A DNA stretch of 60,361 nucleotides from a bacterium (GTDB lineage Bacteria > Zixibacteria > MSB-5A5 > CAIYYT01), in assembly GCA_030631605.1 (NCBI GenBank), contig DAOVKV010000001.1, positions 1 through 60,361 on the forward strand. Direction: 5' to 3'. The notes beneath the pieces were generated by a model. It saw only the letters and a list, made by a program, of their open reading frames with translations. It made no database searches and was not told the origin of the DNA. A program made the translations under genes and the position numbers. This document shows, in pieces, positions 36,275-43,861 of this stretch (positions are counted from its first letter, which is position 1; each line of letters opens with the position of its first letter).

Positions 36275-36430
36275 GGGGCTTGTTGAAAAACCTGTATCTT
36301 ATGTCATCGCGAGTCCGGCGGCTGACGGACGTGGCGATCTCAACATACCGTATTCAAACAACTTGGAGATTGCCACGTCGTTCAGGACTTAAGTCCTTCA
36401 CTTCTCGCAATGACTTTTTCAACAAGCCCT
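36275..36430. repeat. ~155-bp nested imperfect palindrome (same family as 30853-31016)
   Basis: Outer arms GGGGCTTGTTGAAAAA / TTTTTCAACAAGCCC. Middle arms GTCATCGCGAG / CTCGCAATGAC. Inner arms GTGGCGATCTC / GAGATTGCCAC. It begins immediately after the stop codon at 36272-36274. Confidence 0.8.
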
Positions 36431-36500
36431 GAGGGTGCGGTGCGCCATGGCGCGGAGTCGAATCCTACTCAGTGCAAGGTTGCAGTTGAGAGTTTGCTGA
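36431..36500 (+). other. Conserved upstream element, copy A
   Basis: …GCGCCATGGCGCGGAGTCGAATCCTACTCAGTGCAAGGTTGCAGTTGAGAGTTTGCTGAC. About 85% identical by eye to 42762-42830. Confidence 0.6.
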
Positions 36501-36539
36501 CTATGTCTTAGCTGTTTGTCAATGAAGGCAAATCCATCC

Positions 36540-36567
36540 TTGACAAAACAGGCGTATTTGCTATCTT
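36540..36567 (+). promoter_or_regulatory. Sigma-70-type promoter candidate, TTGACA-N16-TATCTT
   Basis: Hexamers read directly from the sequence, ~120 nt upstream of ATG 36690. Confidence 0.4.
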
Positions 36568-36689
36568 CTATTCAAGCGCGTAGCAGAACACCTACTTGGA
36601 CATTCATCACAAGCGCAGCATTATAGTCTTCACGTTGGGAAGAGAGTTTTAGCTATAACATCTAACCTTTAGCTCACAGGAGGAATGGG

Positions 36690-38858
36690 ATGAAACCCAC
36701 ACTTCTACTCACAACGTTCGTAGCTGTCACACTGATACTGGCAGCCGCAAGTGCAATGGCAGCAGTGCCGCAAATGATCAACTACCAGGGGCGGTTAACA
36801 GATTCTGCAGGAGTACCGATAGACGGTGCTCAGCTGATCAAGTTCATCATTTATGACGACTCTACGGATGGCAACGAACTCTGGAACAGCGGCTTCCAAA
36901 ACGTGACCGTAACAGGTGGCCTTTTCAGCAAGCAATTGGGGGCTTCGCCGATGCCACCCATCCCGGACACGGTCTTTTTGGACACTGTCCGTTATCTGGG
37001 AATAACTGTAGGAGTCGACCCAGAGATTACACCGCGCACGAAGTTAATCTCTGTTCCGTATGCTTACTACGCCCTGCACTCTGATACTGCGGCGATAGCC
37101 ATCATCTCGCAGGATATTTCCTGTGTTGGCTGTGTCGGCTCCACCGAAATCGAGGATGGCACCATTCAGTTTGGCGATATCGGTAATAATGGAGCCTCAG
37201 AAAACCAGGTGATGAAATGGAACGGTTCTGCCTGGGCGCCGGCTAATGACGAGACCGGCGGTGGCGGTGATATTACAGCAGTTAATGCTGGCAATGGCTT
37301 GACTGGTGGTGGCACAACCGGTGATGTAACTATCTACATTGACAGTGGTTGGGTCGACGCCTTTGTTGACACTGCCGATGCTCGTTACGCGGATCAAGCA
37401 GGTTTTGCGGACTCTGCGGATGCCATCACCGATGGTGCCGTAGACTTTACCGATATCGGCCAGAACGGCGCAGCGTTAGATCAGGTGATGAAGTGGAGTG
37501 GCTCGAATTGGATTGCCGCCGATGATGAAACCGGCAGCGGCGGCGGCTGGGTTGATGACGGCGACGTCTTGAGGCTTGAGACTGCGACCGACTCGGTTGG
37601 TATAGGCACCGCCACACCCACAGAGAAACTCGAAGTGTCGGGCAATATCAAAGCCAGCGGAACGATTCAAAGCGGAAATTCGATAGTAATTGACGGCAGC
37701 ACTGACAAGATCACCGCATCTGGCGGAATGATTGATTTCGACGATGAGAATCTGGTGACTACCGGTAAGGCAACCATTGGTCCCAACAACACCAATACAG
37801 GAGTAGACGCCTTCGTGGCAGGCAGTTACAACAAAGCCTACGGTGACTACTCTGTGATAGCTGGTGGTGGAGGCGCTGCCGAAGCTGACTCAAACGCCGC
37901 GCCCGGAGATAATTCGACCGTGGGTGGTGGTGCCGGGAATCGGGCCAGCGATTACTTCGCTACGATCTCCGGCGGCCGGCTAAACACTGCAGCTGAGTAT
38001 GGCAGCACTGTCGGTGGCGGGCAGTTCAACACTGCCAGCGGCCATGACGCGGTCATCGGTGGTGGTCAGATGAACGTTGCCAGCGGCAGTAGCAGCACTG
38101 TCGGCGGCGGGGATAGCAACGGGGCAACCAATAGCTTCAGCACTGTCGGCGGCGGGAGCAGCAACCAGGCAACGGGTGAGTTCAGCACGGTCGGCGGCGG
38201 GAATGGCAACCATGCCAGAAGCTACTGGAGCACTGTCAGCGGCGGTTACAGTAATCGAGCCAATGGTTCATGTAGTACCGTTCCCGGCGGTCATCTTAAC
38301 TACGCCGACAGTGCCTATACATTTGCAGCCGGTAGACGGGCCAAAGCCGTGCATGACGGCGCTTTTGTCTGGGCCGACCACACCGATGCTGACTTCACCT
38401 CCACTGCGAGTGACCAGTTCCTCATTCGCGCCAATGGTGGCGTCGGCATCGGCACAAACTCGCCTTCAGAAGAACTTCACGTCGTTGGTGATATTTGCTA
38501 TACCGGTACTATAGGCGCGTGTTCTGATGTTCGCTACAAGAAGGATATCGAAACTATCGGGGCAGCTTTGGAGACTGTGTTGCAGCTTCGCGGTGTCACG
38601 TACAATTGGAAGCAGGGCGAATACCCGGATCAGAAGTTCGACGACCAGACTCACCTCGGATTCATCGCCCAGGAGATCAAAGACCTGCTGCCGGGTGTGG
38701 TCATGACAGACAACGACGGCTACATGTCGGTCGACTACAGCCGCCTGACACCGTTGTTGGTGGAAGCCATGAAAGAACTGAAAACTGAGAATGATGAGCT
38801 GCGTAACAGACTTGCCAAGATTGAAGCGCTCCTGCAGCAATTGGTCAATAACCAGTAA
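36690..38858 (+). CDS. Secreted fibre/adhesin-like protein with a C-terminal S74 intramolecular-chaperone domain
   Basis: Signal peptide ends ...AASAMA-AV. N-terminal INYQGRLTDSAGVPIDG...LWNS module. YadA-head-like repeats STVGGGxxNxAxxxxSTVGGG. C-terminal CSDVRYKKDIE...LRGVTYNWK...GFIAQE...VDYSRL plus a coiled coil (Peptidase_S74 pattern). Confidence 0.75.
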   Translation: MKPTLLLTTFVAVTLILAAASAMAAVPQMINYQGRLTDSAGVPIDGAQLIKFIIYDDSTDGNELWNSGFQNVTVTGGLFSKQLGASPMPPIPDTVFLDTVRYLGITVGVDPEITPRTKLISVPYAYYALHSDTAAIAIISQDISCVGCVGSTEIEDGTIQFGDIGNNGASENQVMKWNGSAWAPANDETGGGGDITAVNAGNGLTGGGTTGDVTIYIDSGWVDAFVDTADARYADQAGFADSADAITDGAVDFTDIGQNGAALDQVMKWSGSNWIAADDETGSGGGWVDDGDVLRLETATDSVGIGTATPTEKLEVSGNIKASGTIQSGNSIVIDGSTDKITASGGMIDFDDENLVTTGKATIGPNNTNTGVDAFVAGSYNKAYGDYSVIAGGGGAAEADSNAAPGDNSTVGGGAGNRASDYFATISGGRLNTAAEYGSTVGGGQFNTASGHDAVIGGGQMNVASGSSSTVGGGDSNGATNSFSTVGGGSSNQATGEFSTVGGGNGNHARSYWSTVSGGYSNRANGSCSTVPGGHLNYADSAYTFAAGRRAKAVHDGAFVWADHTDADFTSTASDQFLIRANGGVGIGTNSPSEELHVVGDICYTGTIGACSDVRYKKDIETIGAALETVLQLRGVTYNWKQGEYPDQKFDDQTHLGFIAQEIKDLLPGVVMTDNDGYMSVDYSRLTPLLVEAMKELKTENDELRNRLAKIEALLQQLVNNQ

Positions 38859-38885
38859 CCGCAGTAGTGGAAGGAGTAATGTGAA

Positions 38886-39437
38886 ATGAGAACTCTATTC
38901 ACAGCGACGAAACTGGGATTGGTGGCCATGCTGCTCATTGGCAGCCTGACCATTGCCGCAGACAATGCCGGCAATTCAGGCAAACCAGGCACAGAAACTG
39001 AAGCCACACAACCCGGCAGGTTTGGTGAAACGATCGACTGGCAGGTGATCTCCTCCGGCGGTACTGATGGCAGTTCCACCAACTACCAACTGATGGGAAC
39101 GGCAGGACAAACAGCCGTTGGGACAGGTAGCTCGACCAACTACGGCCTGAATCAGGGGTACTGGCAGGAGTTTGCCGTTCAAGAGTGTGACTGTATTCCG
39201 GGCGATGCCGACGGCAATGCTATGATCAATATTGCCGATGTCGTCTATCTGATCAATTTTATTTTCGGTGGCGGCCCTGGGCCGGTACCATACGCCATCT
39301 GTTCCGGCGATGCCGACTGTAACTGCATGGTTAATATCGCCGATGTTGTGTTCCTGATCAGCTTCATCTTCGGAGGTGGCCCCGCGCCGTGCACCTGCGA
39401 GGAGTGGCTGTCTATTTGCGGCCCACCAATGAGATGA
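38886..39437 (+). CDS. Small secreted protein with a C-terminal dockerin-like module
   Basis: Signal/anchor sequence. Two EF-hand-like dockerin repeats, GDADGNAMINIADVVYLINFIF and GDADCNCMVNIADVVFLISFIF, flanked by Cys. GGAAGGAG Shine-Dalgarno. Confidence 0.7.
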   Translation: MRTLFTATKLGLVAMLLIGSLTIAADNAGNSGKPGTETEATQPGRFGETIDWQVISSGGTDGSSTNYQLMGTAGQTAVGTGSSTNYGLNQGYWQEFAVQECDCIPGDADGNAMINIADVVYLINFIFGGGPGPVPYAICSGDADCNCMVNIADVVFLISFIFGGGPAPCTCEEWLSICGPPMR

Positions 39438-39446
39438 CGTAAGTTC

Positions 39447-39484
39447 GCAGGTCGGAACCTCTACGGTTTCGACCTGCTCTTTTC
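39447..39484 (+). terminator. Hairpin plus T-tract after the dockerin gene (also a member of the REP-like stem family)
   Basis: GCAGGTCGGAACC-tctac-GGTTTCGACCTGC followed by TCTTTTC. Confidence 0.55.
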
Positions 39485-39500
39485 ACGCTCCCGCGTGAAT

Positions 39501-39530
39501 GTCGAAAGCGCGGGACTTGTAACCTACAAG
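39501..39530 (-). repeat. REP-like hairpin with GTAG head (copy 3, degenerate stem)
   Basis: Plus strand reads GTCGAAAGC-gcggg-ACTTGTAAC-CTACAAG. Confidence 0.45.
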
Positions 39531-39593
39531 GGCGCAGCGCTATCCCTCTTCAACCCGTGATAGTTTTTGAGGAAAGTCCAACGAAAAAAACCC

Positions 39594-39622
39594 TTGACAA
39601 TTCTGCTGCTTAGGTGCATAAT
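39594..39622 (+). promoter_or_regulatory. Sigma-70-type promoter, TTGACA-N17-CATAAT, preceded by an A-tract
   Basis: Hexamers read directly from the sequence. It lies ~410 nt upstream of ATG 40036. Confidence 0.45.
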
Positions 39623-40035
39623 ATAGTATCGACATAGTCTCTTTTGTCCGGTTTGTGGAGGGATAATCAGCCACTCCGGAGCCTTATCTTGTTGATTCTC
39701 GTTGGGTCGGTGGAGTGGGGTGAGATTGTCATCCAGGGCGAGTTTCTCCCAACCTTACTCTCCTTACTTTGTTACGGAGCGTATCTGGCAGTTTGTGTTT
39801 GAATATACGTGCGTGCGCCGCCTGGCAGCGGTGAACTGTCAAGAAAAACGACGTCAATCTGTCCGACACACAACGAAAAGACGTTGGAAGATAGTTGATC
39901 CTTAACTAGAAACAAGGAGCTGCTTAAATGGACTTCTTTCAATTCAGAGGGAACTTTTTGAAGATACGACATCTTAGGTTTCAACATCGCAAACAAAGTA
40001 TCACTAGTAACTTGCACCTCAACAAGGAGGAAGCA

Positions 40036-42606
40036 ATGAGAAAAGCAGCTTACATTTCGTTGGCTCTGGCGTTGGTGGCGTTTGCCGGGCCGACGGCAGA
40101 TGCCCTGGCCAAAACCGTGAGTCTTTCAACGACTTCGGGCAATGGTGTTGCCAGCACGGCTATTCCGACAATGGGATTAGCCGCTTATTGGCAGTTTGAT
40201 GAAGGAAGTGGAAGCACGGCTTACGATGAAACGTGTAACAATAACGATGGAACAATCAGAGGAGTAAGCTGGACAAATGGCGTCTCTGGGGGTGCTCTGT
40301 ACTTTCACGGCGGGGGACAATGGCATGACGGTGACCGTGTGCTCGTACCACACTCTTCCAGCCTGGATATCACCGGCGAGTTGACCATCACCGCCTGGAT
40401 AAAAGCAACTGGAACAGACAACTACCTGGCAATTGTTGACAAGTTTCGTGGCGGTGCGACAATTCCTTCCTACGGATTTACGCTATATGTCAGTTCGGGA
40501 AGACTCAGACTTTCAATCTACTCTGGTCCTGACGGACACCACGACGGCTGCGTAGGAACATCTGAACTGAGGGACGATACCTGGCATCATGTCGCTGGCG
40601 TATGGGATGGCAGTCATATTAAGGTCTATGTTGACGGGCAACTAGAAAGGGAAGTGGCATGGGCCTTCCCACCAGCTTCAACAACCAATGATCTTGGGAT
40701 TGGCGAACGACCCTACGGCTATGGGGGATATCTGCCATTCCTCGGAGTTATCGATGGGGTCTGTATCTACAAGAAAGCATTGAGCGATACTGAGATAATG
40801 GGGCAGACTGTCGGTAACACAGTCGATTTGACACCCTATTTCGATTGGGGTGCGATCTCCTCCTACGCCGGCTTAGCTCCGCCGGGGTATATGGGAATTT
40901 GGTCCCCCTCTCACAGCATGAACTTCTTTTTCCCCTCGGATTCCTCCGCTCCAGACCCCGCGGGTAATAGTCCCAGGGCGTGGCTCATCCCGGGAGTTCA
41001 CCTGGCCACTTTCTATGGACCTGACAGTGTGTTCATCCCCAGTAATCCTATGGTTATTGTTCCTGACAGATATTCCAAACCTTGTTCCCTCCTCGTGGAG
41101 ATTCCGCCGGCGAATCTCATAGATCAGGCCACTGATTCGAATGTGATCCAAATATCCACAAGTGAGACTAAAACGATACCCCTCAACGACACGGTGGAAA
41201 CCATGGTCTTTCTGGCAAATTGTGACGGGGCCGCCTATTGTAGTCCTGATCAGCCGTTAGAGGTACGGATCAACTATCAGGATGGTACAGCAGATACTGT
41301 GGTCTTCGACAATATCCATCCAGGGGAACGCTCAACTTATGTTTCCGACCCCAACATCATCTGTTACGGCAATGAAGTTTTCGGCTGTGGTCCCTTTTAT
41401 ACTGACTTTCCCCCTCCCTACTCTACCGACTCGCACTCGGAGTTCTGGCACTGGTATACCCTGTACCCGGATAACACTAAGCTGCTCAACAGCATAGCTT
41501 TCGTAGGGATACAAAGTGAACACCCCTCTGAGATTCACATCTCGGCTCTCTCCTACACTAGACCGCTGCCACTTGAATGGGGCGAATCCATAGACAATTC
41601 GGTCGATTTAACACCCTATTTCGATTGGGGTGCAATCTCCTCCTACGCCGGCTTAGCCCCGCCAGGGTTTATCGGAATTTGGTCCCCCTCTCACAGCAGG
41701 TACTTTTATTTCCCCTCTGATTCCCTGGCTCCAGGCATGCCTCCTAATTATCCCCGAGCCTGGCTCGTCCCGGGAGTTCACCTGGCCACTCTCTATGGAC
41801 CTCATAATGTGCTCATTCCCAGTAATCCCATAGTTGCCGTTCCTGACAGAAACTTTAAACCCTGTTCCCTCTTTGTGGCAGTTCCGCCGGCGAATCTCAT
41901 AGATGAGGCAACTGATGTAAATGTGATCCAAATATCCTCGGGTGAGACTAAAACGATAGCCATCAACGACACTGCGGAAACCATGGTCTTTCTGGCAAAT
42001 TGTGACGGGGCCGGCTATTGTAGTCCTGACCAGCCGTTAGAGGTGCGGATCAACTACAATGATGGTACAGTAGATACTGTGACCTTTGCCAATATCCATC
42101 CGGGGGAACGCGCAAATCCCATTTTCTGGGGGCCTTATACGATCTATTGCAATGAAGTTTTCGGCTGCGGTCCCTTTTATAATGACCTTCCCGTTCCCTA
42201 CTCCACCGACTATCACTCGGAGTTCTGGCATTGGTATGCCCTGTATCCGGATAACACCAAGCCCATCAACAGCATAACCTTCGTAGGGATACAGAGTGGA
42301 TACCCCTCTGAGGTTCACATCTCGGCTCTCTCCTACAATAAGCAGAAATGTGACTGCATACCAGGTGATGCTGACGGCAACGGCATTATTAACATCGCCG
42401 ATGTCGTTTATCTGATCAGCTTCATCTTTCTTCCTGGCAGCCCACCGCCGACGCCGTACGCTACCTGTTCCGGCGATGCTGACTGTAACTGTATGGTTAA
42501 CATCTCTGACGTCGTCTACCTGATCAACTTCATCTTCGTTCCTGGCAGCGCACCGCCTTGCACTTGCCAGCAGTGGCTGGCTGCCTGCGGCCCACCACTA
42601 AGATGA
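40036..42606 (+). CDS. Secreted LamG/concanavalin-like protein with a duplicated ~260-aa domain and a C-terminal dockerin-like module
   Basis: ATG 40036 after AAGGAGGAAG; the track start 39928 is unlikely. Signal peptide MRKAAYISLALALVAFAGP. LamG-type segment (LAAYWQFDEGSGSTAYDE...TITAWIKA...DDTWHHVAGVWDG...VYVDG). Two near-identical domains. Dockerin repeats at the C-terminus. Confidence 0.75.
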   Translation: MRKAAYISLALALVAFAGPTADALAKTVSLSTTSGNGVASTAIPTMGLAAYWQFDEGSGSTAYDETCNNNDGTIRGVSWTNGVSGGALYFHGGGQWHDGDRVLVPHSSSLDITGELTITAWIKATGTDNYLAIVDKFRGGATIPSYGFTLYVSSGRLRLSIYSGPDGHHDGCVGTSELRDDTWHHVAGVWDGSHIKVYVDGQLEREVAWAFPPASTTNDLGIGERPYGYGGYLPFLGVIDGVCIYKKALSDTEIMGQTVGNTVDLTPYFDWGAISSYAGLAPPGYMGIWSPSHSMNFFFPSDSSAPDPAGNSPRAWLIPGVHLATFYGPDSVFIPSNPMVIVPDRYSKPCSLLVEIPPANLIDQATDSNVIQISTSETKTIPLNDTVETMVFLANCDGAAYCSPDQPLEVRINYQDGTADTVVFDNIHPGERSTYVSDPNIICYGNEVFGCGPFYTDFPPPYSTDSHSEFWHWYTLYPDNTKLLNSIAFVGIQSEHPSEIHISALSYTRPLPLEWGESIDNSVDLTPYFDWGAISSYAGLAPPGFIGIWSPSHSRYFYFPSDSLAPGMPPNYPRAWLVPGVHLATLYGPHNVLIPSNPIVAVPDRNFKPCSLFVAVPPANLIDEATDVNVIQISSGETKTIAINDTAETMVFLANCDGAGYCSPDQPLEVRINYNDGTVDTVTFANIHPGERANPIFWGPYTIYCNEVFGCGPFYNDLPVPYSTDYHSEFWHWYALYPDNTKPINSITFVGIQSGYPSEVHISALSYNKQKCDCIPGDADGNGIINIADVVYLISFIFLPGSPPPTPYATCSGDADCNCMVNISDVVYLINFIFVPGSAPPCTCQQWLAACGPPLR
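40822..42336 (+). repeat. Intragenic tandem duplication, period 780 nt (units ~40822-41556 and ~41602-42336)
   Basis: The string GTCGATTT(G/A)ACACCCTATTTCGATTGGGGTGC... recurs exactly 780 nt apart. The units stay alignable to ...CACATCTCGGCTCTCTCCTAC. Confidence 0.85.
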
Positions 42607-42615
42607 CGTAAGTTC

Positions 42616-42653
42616 GCAGGTCGGAACCTCTACGGTTTCGACCTGCTCTTTTC
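42616..42653 (+). terminator. Hairpin plus T-tract, near-identical to 39447-39484
   Basis: GCAGGTCGGAACC-tctac-GGTTTCGACCTGC followed by TCTTTTC. Confidence 0.55.
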
Positions 42654-42668
42654 ACGCTTCGCGTGAAT

Positions 42669-42698
42669 GTCAAAAGCGCAGGGCTTTTGACCTACAAG
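42669..42698 (-). repeat. REP-like hairpin with GTAG head (copy 4)
   Basis: Plus strand reads GTCAAAAGC-gcagg-GCTTTTGAC-CTACAAG. Confidence 0.6.
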
Positions 42699-42761
42699 GA
42701 TGCAATCCCTGGGTTGTCACGCTCCAGGAAATCGCGACCCACGGCTTTTCTCACAACCTCA

Positions 42762-42830
42762 GGAGAGGTGCCATGCCGCCGAGTTGAATCCGACTCAGTG
42801 CAAGGTTGTAGTTCAGAATCTGCTTGACAA
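42762..42830 (+). other. Conserved upstream element, copy B
   Basis: …GGTGCCATGCCGCCGAGTTGAATCCGACTCAGTGCAAGGTTGTAGTTCAGAATCTGCTTGAC. Its 3' end overlaps the -35 hexamer of the next promoter. Confidence 0.6.
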
Positions 42831-42852
42831 AGACGGGCAAGAATAATATAGT
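42824..42852 (+). promoter_or_regulatory. Sigma-70-type promoter, TTGACA-N17-TATAGT
   Basis: Hexamers read directly from the sequence, ~60 nt upstream of ATG 42916. Confidence 0.5.
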
Positions 42853-42915
42853 ATGATTAGAAGCGTTGAAAGAGAGATCGGTGCTTTTAATTCTCGCATT
42901 TCTAAGGAGGGAGGC

Positions 42916-43629
42916 ATGAGAAAAATTCTTGGTAAGTTGTGTTTGGGCATCGTTCTTCTGGCTCTGGTACTCACGCCGGTTGAGCTTTGCGGTCAGTCAT
43001 TCATTTGCGGCGATGTCGATGCGAACAGTATGGTCAATATCGCCGATGTTGTCTATGTAATAACTTATATTTTCGGCGGCGGGCCTTCTCCTGATCCACT
43101 TCTGGCAGGCGATGTCGATTGCGATGGCACGGTGAATATCGCCGATGTGGTGTTCTTGATCAACTACATCTTCGCTGGCGGGCCGGAGCCCTGCGCTGTT
43201 CCGACCGGAATTCTGGTCGACTACGCCGGCTGCAAAACATTCACAAGGGGAAGCGCCGCCGGTAGTACGCCGCCCGATCAGGACTGCATAGAGTATCAGT
43301 ATGATGGAGCAAGAACTCTTCTGCTTAAGCATATAAATGCAGGTTTCAATTGCTGTCCCGTCATTGCGGCTGACATAACCATTGAGGGGAATCTCATAAC
43401 AATACATGAGAGCGAGTCTTTTGATAGCACGGGGCCGTGTTGGTGCCTCTGTCTTTTTGATTTAGACTTGGAAATCAGCAATCTGAGCCCCGGAGAGTAT
43501 ACAATAAGTGTAATCGAGGTATGCACAAATCCAGAGGATGAAATCCTGGAATTCACCGTGAACTTGGTTTCCTCACCTTCAGGCATGTATTGTGTATTCA
43601 GGGATCACTATCCCTGGGGTTTCTATTGA
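42916..43629 (+). CDS. Secreted protein with an N-terminal dockerin-like module and a Cys-rich C-terminal domain
   Basis: ATG 42916 after AAGGAGGGAGG. Signal peptide MRKILGKLCLGIVLLALVLTPVELCG. Dockerin repeats GDVDANSMVNIADVVYVITYIF and GDVDCDGTVNIADVVFLINYIF follow the signal peptide directly. Confidence 0.7.
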   Translation: MRKILGKLCLGIVLLALVLTPVELCGQSFICGDVDANSMVNIADVVYVITYIFGGGPSPDPLLAGDVDCDGTVNIADVVFLINYIFAGGPEPCAVPTGILVDYAGCKTFTRGSAAGSTPPDQDCIEYQYDGARTLLLKHINAGFNCCPVIAADITIEGNLITIHESESFDSTGPCWCLCLFDLDLEISNLSPGEYTISVIEVCTNPEDEILEFTVNLVSSPSGMYCVFRDHYPWGFY

Positions 43630-43640
43630 TACCTGTGCGC

Positions 43641-43672
43641 GGCAGGTCTCCCGACCTGCCCGTCCGTTTTTT
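43641..43672 (+). terminator. Rho-independent terminator
   Basis: GGCAGGTC-tccc-GACCTGCC followed by CGTCCGTTTTTT. Confidence 0.65.
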
Positions 43673-43700
43673 GCAGGTCGGAACCCTTACGATTTCGACA

Positions 43701-43847
43701 AACTGGTAACCCGCGCAGCGGGTGGGCTTGAGTGATTGTGCCTGAAATGCTTGTCTCAATCAGTACCATTTATCTTCCCGATCTCAAAGTGTTGGTATCA
43801 GCATCTCAGGCAACGCCTGAGGAACTCACCTGTTAGGTGGGGTACCG
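43701..43847 (+). repeat. ~147-bp hairpin-ended repeat, copy C1 (complete)
   Basis: AACTGGTAACCCGCGCAGCGGGTGGGCTTGAGTGATTGTGCCTGAAATGCTTGTCTCAATCAGTACCAT...CTCACCTGTTAGGTGGGGTACCG. It ends 14 nt before the protease ATG. Confidence 0.85.
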
Positions 43848-43861
43848 AGTGAGATAGCCGC

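Noticed and set aside
36451-36480. tRNA-like T-arm (GAGTCGAATCC) suggesting a tRNA or tmRNA fragment or an att site.
   Set aside because: No 5-bp T-stem or acceptor stem can be formed on either strand. The similarity is limited to the TCGAATCC string.
36690-38858. Prophage or tailocin tail-fibre gene, suggested by the S74 chaperone domain.
   Set aside because: No capsid, terminase, baseplate, sheath or integrase genes are nearby. The protein has a Sec signal peptide and sits in an operon with dockerin proteins, so a cellular surface fibre is more likely.
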